From NCBI GenBank assembly GCA_030606285.1, contig JAUWGS010000001.1:176696-240695 (forward strand): DNA of 64,000 bases. Direction: 5' to 3'. Shown piece by piece: positions 57,837 to 64,000 of the stretch. The position numbers and the translations under genes were made by a program. Each line of letters opens with the position of its first letter. Position 1 is the stretch's first letter. The stretch is from Planctomycetales bacterium. GTDB lineage: Bacteria; 4484-113. The notes under the pieces were generated by a model that worked only from the letters and a program-made list of their open reading frames with translations, had not been told where the DNA came from and did not search any database.

Positions 57837-59602
57837 AACACCTCCGCTGGATATGGAGCTTCTGGACCCCGCATCGTGCCTGGCTGACCGTGCTCGTGTT
57901 TCTCACGCTGCTTTCCAGTGCGGTCACTATCGGGTATCCCCTCGTATTCAGGTACCTTATCGACGCAATCAACAAGGGCCTGAGTGCTGCCGTGCCGGAG
58001 ATAGCCGGCACCACTACATGGAGTCTCGTTGGCATCATAGCCGCCATTGGCCTCGCCCGCTCGCTCGCATACCTGTATCCGGGGTTCCGCGCAATGCTGA
58101 ACGCCAAGTTGGAGATGGATATCCGCGAGCACTATTTCGCCACCATCATCAGCAAGGGACATCGGTTCTTCCAGAAGTTCCGTACGGGCGACCTCGTGAC
58201 CCGCCTGACGGATGACATCGGCGGTTTCCCCAAGATCGCGTGGTTTTCCTGCTCCGGGATCTTCCGCGCAGTCGAGTCCAGCAGCAAGTTCATCTTCTGC
58301 ATGACGTTTATGCTATGGATGAACTGGAAGCTTGCACTGCTGAGCATCGCTCCGCTGCCGATAATGCTCTACATCTTCTATCATGTGCGATCGGCGCTTG
58401 GTCAGCGCGCTGCAGACCGTCAGAAGATAATCTCCAAGACCAACGATGCGCTCGAAGCTGCGTTCAGTGGTGTGCGGATCCTTAAAGCCTTCCGTGGAGA
58501 GGACAACCAGTCACGCGAATTCCACAACATTCTTAAGAAGCGCATAAATGTCGAACTCGGTGTCATCCGCCTGTGGATGGGAGTGTGGAACCTCTATTGG
58601 GGCATTGAGTTCGTAGGTCAGATAATCGTCATAATGGCCGGCGGAGTGATGGTAATCCGCGGGACGCTAAGCCTCGGTGAGTTCTACGCGTTTTACGTGT
58701 ACCTCTCGCTGCTCCTGCAGCCGCTAATGGACATACCGCATCTGTTCGTGACCAGCCGTCAGGCCTTCGCCAGCATCGACCGGGAGATTGAGCTTGACGA
58801 GACTCCCGGAGGTACAGAAGGCGTATACACTGGAACTGCACCTGTTGGCGCAGTCGAATCGGTTAGCCTTAGCGGCGTAAGCTTCCGCTATGAAAAAGAC
58901 TTGCCGATGTCGCTCGAAGACATATCGCTAACGCTACGCAAAGGAGAGCGTGCCGCCATTGTCGGAGCGGTGGGGAGCGGCAAGTCAACGCTGGTAAAGC
59001 TTGTTGCTGGGCAGCTTCCGCCAAGCGAGGGTCAGGTTATGGTAAATGGAAGACCTCTTAAGGATTACGATATTGACGACTATCGCGGGAGGGTCGGCTA
59101 TATCCCGCAAGAGGCCACGCTCTTCTCCGAAAGCGTGCGAGAAAACGTGCGCTTCGGACGGGATCTGGCGGACGAAGCAGTTGATGAATCCCTTGGGTTT
59201 TCGCAGGTGAAAGAAGAAATGGAGGCTCTCCCTGATGGGGTCAATCAGGTTCTGGGGCAGAAGGGCCTTACAGTCTCCGGCGGACAGAAGCAACGCCTGG
59301 CCATCGCACGTGCCCTGGCAGGGAAGCCTGACCTCCTGTTGATGGACGACTGCACAGCCAGCCTGGACGCGGAAAACGAGCGGGCGTTCTGGGCTATGCT
59401 CGCCGAACGGTTCCCCGATGCCGCCTGCCTGATTGTCAGTCATCGACTGGCGACGGCGCGACAAGCTGATACGGTGTACGTGCTGGCAGAAGGCCGCATT
59501 GTGGGAAAGGGAACACACTCTGAACTGCTGGTAAGCTGCGAAGAGTACAGAAGTTTCCTCACCCGTGAAGAGCTCAAGGCGGCATTGGCGACGACGCGCT
59601 AG
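57833..59602 (+). CDS. ABC exporter, fused permease/ATPase (heterodimer partner 2)
   Basis: There is a 4-nt overlap with the upstream gene. Walker A is GAVGSGKST, signature LSGGQKQ and Walker B LLLMDDCTAS. Confidence 0.85.
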   Translation: MKHLRWIWSFWTPHRAWLTVLVFLTLLSSAVTIGYPLVFRYLIDAINKGLSAAVPEIAGTTTWSLVGIIAAIGLARSLAYLYPGFRAMLNAKLEMDIREHYFATIISKGHRFFQKFRTGDLVTRLTDDIGGFPKIAWFSCSGIFRAVESSSKFIFCMTFMLWMNWKLALLSIAPLPIMLYIFYHVRSALGQRAADRQKIISKTNDALEAAFSGVRILKAFRGEDNQSREFHNILKKRINVELGVIRLWMGVWNLYWGIEFVGQIIVIMAGGVMVIRGTLSLGEFYAFYVYLSLLLQPLMDIPHLFVTSRQAFASIDREIELDETPGGTEGVYTGTAPVGAVESVSLSGVSFRYEKDLPMSLEDISLTLRKGERAAIVGAVGSGKSTLVKLVAGQLPPSEGQVMVNGRPLKDYDIDDYRGRVGYIPQEATLFSESVRENVRFGRDLADEAVDESLGFSQVKEEMEALPDGVNQVLGQKGLTVSGGQKQRLAIARALAGKPDLLLMDDCTASLDAENERAFWAMLAERFPDAACLIVSHRLATARQADTVYVLAEGRIVGKGTHSELLVSCEEYRSFLTREELKAALATTR

Positions 59603-59606
59603 TCTC

Positions 59607-61223
59607 TCACATCCACGCGAGGAACACGAATGTCATCAGCGCTGCGGCCAGTGTAATTATCAGCGAGATGACCACAGTTGCGCGGATAACCTTGCCCTCC
59701 ATCCCGATGCGGTCGATGACGGCGGCAGCATTCTGAAGTTTAGCCGGGCTGATTACAGAGGCCAGTCCACCGCCGATACCCGAGACCGCAGCGACCAGCA
59801 GCGCTATTGCTAGAGCTTTCTGTTCTCCAGCCGCTGCGAAGACCTGTTGCACTGTGTCGAAGTGCAGCTTCGTGAGCATTACGATGCTAGAGGTCTCACT
59901 GCCGCTGATAAAGCCACCGAGAAGTCCCAGGAACGACGCCACTCCTGCGTACATGCTGTGAAAGGTGTTCGCGGACGCATCCGCCACAACGCTGACCATA
60001 TTATTGCCGGTGCCGGTCGATGCCCACCTGGTCATACCAGCCACGGATATAGGCGCCTCACCGGAATGGTTCAGCACGTAGGCGATGGCGAAAAAGACTG
60101 CTGCGGCGAACGCCGGGCGCGGTATCCTGCGGGCTGACTTTTTCAGCGATGCATCCAGTTGTCGGCGGCTCATGCGGTAGAAGGGCATCGCGATCAATGT
60201 TGCTATCAGCACCCAGGTGTAAGCCTGCCAGGCAACGCGTGTCGCAATCGCCTTCGCGCCGGGGATAATCTGGAGTGGCATAGACCATTGCTTGAAGAGG
60301 ACATCGTAGAGTCCGATAGCCTTGTAGTTCGTAAGTACGCTGAAAATAACGAGGAGTATCCATGGCAGAACGGCCAGTGCTAGCGGCATTCGCTGCTCGG
60401 TCTTTCGGTCCTCGTCCGTGACCTTTGATCGGTCAACGAGCCTGCGTCCGCGAATTCGCAGATAGAACAGCATTACCACAACAACGCCGATGCCGGCAAC
60501 AACGCCCGTGAGGGTGGGGAGTCCGGCCAGGTTCATCCCGATGGCGATGAAACCAGCGGTGAGGCCGGTGATGAGCGCGACCACCCAGCCGCGCCGGATC
60601 TCTGCCCATCCGCCTACGAGCCACAGCATTGACAGGGCGATGAGTGTCGTTATCACCGGCATATACTGGGCGAAGTAAAGGCCGACCTGCGCCGGGCTGT
60701 ACGAGTGTCCGGTGATAGAGCTGACAACATCGGCGAATACCACCACGGGTACGCCCAGGAGCGCATACGTGCACAGCGCGTCGTAGCCGATGGCCGGCAG
60801 TGCGATGGCGACGAACGCGGAATAGCCGAGGCTGAGCATGATCGGAGGCAGTATGGACACGGGTGTTGCGCCCAGCGCTGCCAGCAACGTGCCCACGCCA
60901 ACGTTGATGATCATGATCTGCACTGCTCGGTTCTCGCTGGCTAGTGTTTTCATAAACACTACCAGCCGACGGATGGCGCCGGCCTCCTCCATCACGTTAA
61001 TCTGGAAGATGGAAGCGACAACCATCAAGCTGATGGGAAAGCTGGCGATAATGCCGGCAATGGACGCAACTGCGATAACCTCCCATGAGGTGTGGAAGTA
61101 GAGGACGGCGAGCAGCGCTGTATAGACCCAGCCGATAGCTCCGGCCACATCAGCGGAACGGCGTCCCCAGGTCATCAGCAAGAAGATGACGATTACCGGC
61201 GAGATGGCAAGTGCTACATGCAT
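59607..61223 (-). CDS. lctP: L-lactate permease (LctP family)
   Basis: 538 aa with about 12-14 TM segments. The N-terminus …VIFLLMTWGRRSADVAGAIGW… and overall length match LctP/GlcA. Confidence 0.8.
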   Translation of the reverse strand: MHVALAISPVIVIFLLMTWGRRSADVAGAIGWVYTALLAVLYFHTSWEVIAVASIAGIIASFPISLMVVASIFQINVMEEAGAIRRLVVFMKTLASENRAVQIMIINVGVGTLLAALGATPVSILPPIMLSLGYSAFVAIALPAIGYDALCTYALLGVPVVVFADVVSSITGHSYSPAQVGLYFAQYMPVITTLIALSMLWLVGGWAEIRRGWVVALITGLTAGFIAIGMNLAGLPTLTGVVAGIGVVVVMLFYLRIRGRRLVDRSKVTDEDRKTEQRMPLALAVLPWILLVIFSVLTNYKAIGLYDVLFKQWSMPLQIIPGAKAIATRVAWQAYTWVLIATLIAMPFYRMSRRQLDASLKKSARRIPRPAFAAAVFFAIAYVLNHSGEAPISVAGMTRWASTGTGNNMVSVVADASANTFHSMYAGVASFLGLLGGFISGSETSSIVMLTKLHFDTVQQVFAAAGEQKALAIALLVAAVSGIGGGLASVISPAKLQNAAAVIDRIGMEGKVIRATVVISLIITLAAALMTFVFLAWM

Positions 61224-61365
61224 CTGTTTGCCTGAGAAGAGAACCGCAAATAATCTGGCGGACAGAGCTAGTGTACATTCTTGCGGGCGAAGTGTCTAGC
61301 AGAATCGCTGTGCTCAGGCACATCTGGGATGGCTTAGCCTCTAGCATGCATATTCCAGACAGGCC

Positions 61366-64000
61366 TTACTGCAATGTGGTCTGATTCCCGTCCTGGGTAG
61401 TAATAACCACCGGGCGTGCCACCGGAGAGATCAGGAACTCGATGGTGTCGTCAGTCTGACCCGGCATGAGATCAATCTCGAAATCAAGGGGAACCAGTTC
61501 GTAGTACTTCGGCATCTGGCCTTCAGCCAGGGTCAGCTTCCATCGTCCGGGACGCAGCTCGCAGAAGCTGAACTCTCCGTTCAGGTCGGTAATGCGGACG
61601 AATCGCTCCTCGCCATTCTCCAGGACTACGAGAACGCCGGTAACGCCTACAACTACGCTCGCACCGTTAGCTCCATTGCCGTTACCGTTGCTATTGTTGT
61701 TGCCATTGCGTCCACCGAGGGACTCAAGCGGAACTGAATCCGGCGCATTGCTGTTACGATAGCCGCTGCGGTTACCGTTGTGATTGCCGTTGCCAAGCGA
61801 CTCAAGCGAAACCGAGCCTTCATTCTGACCGTCCGGGTTGCCATTGATTACGTGATTCCTGTTATTGTCGTTGCCGCTCGTCCACAGAGCGGTGGTGACC
61901 CTTCCGTTTACGGTGGCGCCGTGCACTATCGGGATGTCCAGCTTCACGGTCTCACCGGGCTTGACAGAGAAACTAAAGGGAGCTGAGAGGTCTGGGATCC
62001 GATCGAGCCCGAGGGTACCACGGTCGATTGTCATCTCATATTCGCCGGCTGCGAGCGCGGGGAAGACGAACCGGCCGCCGCCGTCCGTGGCAACCTTCAT
62101 TCCATCCACGAGGATGACCACACCCTCGAGCGGCTCCTCGCGCCCCTCGTTGGCGTAGACCCGACCCTCCAGACGTCCGCTCTTGGGAAGCCACAGCACG
62201 GGAACACTCAGGGGGAATGTGAGTTCAAGTCCTGCTGCGAGCTCACTGCCCAGCGCACCGCCCCGCCGTTGTATTCTGATGTGCAGAGCGCGGTCACTGC
62301 CCAGATCGTGCTCAAGCTCAGCGCGCAGCCAGTTATAGCTGGGACGTCCTGAGCCGTCAGTGCGGCTGTAGCTCGCACTCAACTTCGTGCGCTTGCTCAG
62401 TCGCACATCAGCGTTGAACCAGAGCTGATTGCTTTTCAGCCGCTGCGCACCCAGCGCGGTATCCTCCACATCCCAGCTATAGCCGCCGGAAAAAGTGGAA
62501 TGGCGTCCCGGTCGCGCGTTGAACATCAGGCGATAGCGTTCTAGGTCGCGCTCGGTGCCGGTCAGCCGGTTCTGTCTCTTGCCGAACTCAGCAGTACCGG
62601 TAAGTGACAGGTCGCCGAAGCTGCGCGATAGCTGGAAGTTGGTCGTTCGGTCACGCTCATTCCATTGAAGTAGATTAGTATCCTCGCGCCGACTCCAGCG
62701 CTGGTAGATGCTGGCTCGACCAAGCGGGCCGGCATCAATGCTCATACCCACACTACGATTTGAGTTCTTCGGTCGTGCCTTCAGCGGGTCGCCTTCAAGA
62801 TTCCGCTCGCTCTGGCTGAAGGAGCCCCAGATGCGGATTCCGCGCGCCACGCTCGTGCTCAGATGAGCGCGGCTGTGCTTCACGTCCTGCCAGTAACCGG
62901 GGAAGTACGCCCCCGCGCGCACCAGCTCACCGTCGAAGTAGAATCGCTCATGGTTTACATTAGCGGCCAGGCGATATGCAGTATCGGACTTGCTGCCGCC
63001 GCCCTTGCCGTCGTCGAAGTTGCCCCAACCGTATTCGCCCTCAAGCTCCACACCCTCGGCGGGATTGGAGGTTGCGGACAGGCTCAGCATTTTCCCGTCT
63101 TGCCGCCCCCGCGTGAGGTAGCTCGGCACCTGTGTTTCTTCTTTCCGCAGCGCCGTCAGCGCTACTTCCGTATTGCCCGGAGCTTCAACAGAAATCTGCG
63201 CCCCTGTTAAGCGCTCTGGAATCCACGCATTGCCGCGCTTGCTGGCGAAAACGCGGAATGCCACAGGGTCCTTCCGCACTTCCAGGTCAATACCTCTTCC
63301 ATAGAAGTACCGTTCCGTCAGCGGTGTGACTTCGAGCGAATCATCGCCCAGACTCACGTAGCCCTTACTCTCGTCGCCATACTCTATGTGGAACCGGTCA
63401 GTTTGCAGGAACCTTTGACCGCGCCATCGGGAGGGGTAAGGCCCAACGAAATACACCTCGCCCCAGCGACCCTCGCCCAGATCGCCCTTCAGGTCCAGCT
63501 TGAACTGCGCGGCAATGGTTTCATCTTCTTCCCAGGAGAGCAGGAAGCTGTAGTCACCGTCCAGCGTCTCATACATATCGCCCACGAGCAGGCGGGGATA
63601 GACGATTGTCGTGACGGTGGCTTTAGCCTCCACGGTTCCGTGGTTCAAGTCCAGCGAGCGCGCGGTCAGCGTTACCCGATGCCTTTCCTCTCGCTCTATA
63701 TCCCGAGGCGTGCGAACGGTCACCACCACCGGTTGTGATGAACCTGCCACCAGAGAGAATTCCATTGGCTCGGCGGTGGCCTCCCACTCGGGACGTGAGG
63801 TCAAGTCAATCTTAAAGCGGCTCGGCGCGTTGCTCTGGTTCAGAACGGTGAAGGTACGTGTGTACTCGTCTCCCGCCAGCAACCTGTACTCGCCCGGCGG
63901 TGCGCGAACCTCCACTTTTGCCACAGGAATGACCTTGACCTCAACCTCACCTTCGTCAGTGATACCGGCAAAGCTGGTGTCTGTCACCTTGACGCTGACG
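61366..64000 (-). CDS. very large surface/envelope protein, N-terminally truncated by the window edge; carboxypeptidase-regulatory-like domains plus an Asn/Gly-rich repeat
   Basis: More than 877 aa. The reading frame stays open to nt 64000. Two CarboxypepD_reg-like beta-sandwich segments are present (…GRVYANEGREEPLEGVVILVDGMKVATDGGGRFVFPALAAGEYEM…; …VTGVLVVLENGEERFVRITDLNGEFSFCELRPGRWKL…). The centre is Arg/Ser/Tyr-rich and beta-rich. Confidence 0.55.
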   Translation of the reverse strand, partial: VSVKVTDTSFAGITDEGEVEVKVIPVAKVEVRAPPGEYRLLAGDEYTRTFTVLNQSNAPSRFKIDLTSRPEWEATAEPMEFSLVAGSSQPVVVTVRTPRDIEREERHRVTLTARSLDLNHGTVEAKATVTTIVYPRLLVGDMYETLDGDYSFLLSWEEDETIAAQFKLDLKGDLGEGRWGEVYFVGPYPSRWRGQRFLQTDRFHIEYGDESKGYVSLGDDSLEVTPLTERYFYGRGIDLEVRKDPVAFRVFASKRGNAWIPERLTGAQISVEAPGNTEVALTALRKEETQVPSYLTRGRQDGKMLSLSATSNPAEGVELEGEYGWGNFDDGKGGGSKSDTAYRLAANVNHERFYFDGELVRAGAYFPGYWQDVKHSRAHLSTSVARGIRIWGSFSQSERNLEGDPLKARPKNSNRSVGMSIDAGPLGRASIYQRWSRREDTNLLQWNERDRTTNFQLSRSFGDLSLTGTAEFGKRQNRLTGTERDLERYRLMFNARPGRHSTFSGGYSWDVEDTALGAQRLKSNQLWFNADVRLSKRTKLSASYSRTDGSGRPSYNWLRAELEHDLGSDRALHIRIQRRGGALGSELAAGLELTFPLSVPVLWLPKSGRLEGRVYANEGREEPLEGVVILVDGMKVATDGGGRFVFPALAAGEYEMTIDRGTLGLDRIPDLSAPFSFSVKPGETVKLDIPIVHGATVNGRVTTALWTSGNDNNRNHVINGNPDGQNEGSVSLESLGNGNHNGNRSGYRNSNAPDSVPLESLGGRNGNNNSNGNGNGANGASVVVGVTGVLVVLENGEERFVRITDLNGEFSFCELRPGRWKLTLAEGQMPKYYELVPLDFEIDLMPGQTDDTIEFLISPVARPVVITTQDGNQTTLQ
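61664..61880 (-). repeat. coding imperfect tandem repeat (~75-bp unit) giving the Asn/Gly-rich segment …VSLESLGNGNHNGNRSGYRNSNAPD / VPLESLGGRNGNNNSNGNGNGANGAS…
   Basis: Seen directly at DNA level (…gactcaagcggaac… / …gactcaagcgaaac…) and at protein level. Confidence 0.6.

Noticed and set aside
61664-61880. Tandem repeats considered as a CRISPR array or mobile-element remnant
   Set aside because: The repeats are in-frame coding sequence of a large protein (Asn/Gly-rich segment). They are imperfect, and have no spacer-repeat periodicity or cas genes.

Overview
This is a 64 kb, high-GC, densely coding bacterial chromosomal segment with genes on both strands and many tightly coupled or overlapping operons. 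I could not recognise rRNA, tRNA, CRISPR arrays, transposases or integrases, so it reads as core or conserved-accessory genome of an (likely uncultivated) bacterium. The assigned content is mostly housekeeping and central metabolism: tsaB-pyrF, lpd, a KamA-family radical SAM gene, an XPD/DinG-like Fe-S helicase, a PanE-like reductase, a tricorn-protease homologue, enoyl-CoA hydratase, a four-subunit 2-oxoacid:ferredoxin oxidoreductase operon, a split peptide ABC importer, a phosphohexomutase/sugar-nucleotidyltransferase/PfkB kinase trio, a serine-biosynthesis operon with DUF1015, mnmE, gltX, uppS, sucCD, a heterodimeric ABC exporter and lctP. The most unusual items are: (1) a strong-promoter operon of a single-subunit HgdB-like double-cubane-type Fe-S protein, its HgdC-like ATPase activator and the tRNA methylthiotransferase MtaB; (2) three tandem, translationally coupled double-zinc-ribbon membrane-protein paralogs, divergent from the DinG-like helicase; (3) an orphan winged-helix/NucS-like PD-(D/E)xK nuclease fusion; (4) a radical-SAM(+wHTH)/dihaem cytochrome c/crotonase cluster; (5) a roughly 580 bp gene-free stretch after lpd carrying three cUUCGg hairpins and a textbook intrinsic terminator, a candidate unknown structured RNA; (6) a dockerin+PKD lipoprotein beside a 600-aa secreted protein of unknown function, and a partial giant surface protein with Asn/Gly-rich tandem repeats. 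All functional calls come from motif and family recognition by eye. No database search was run.
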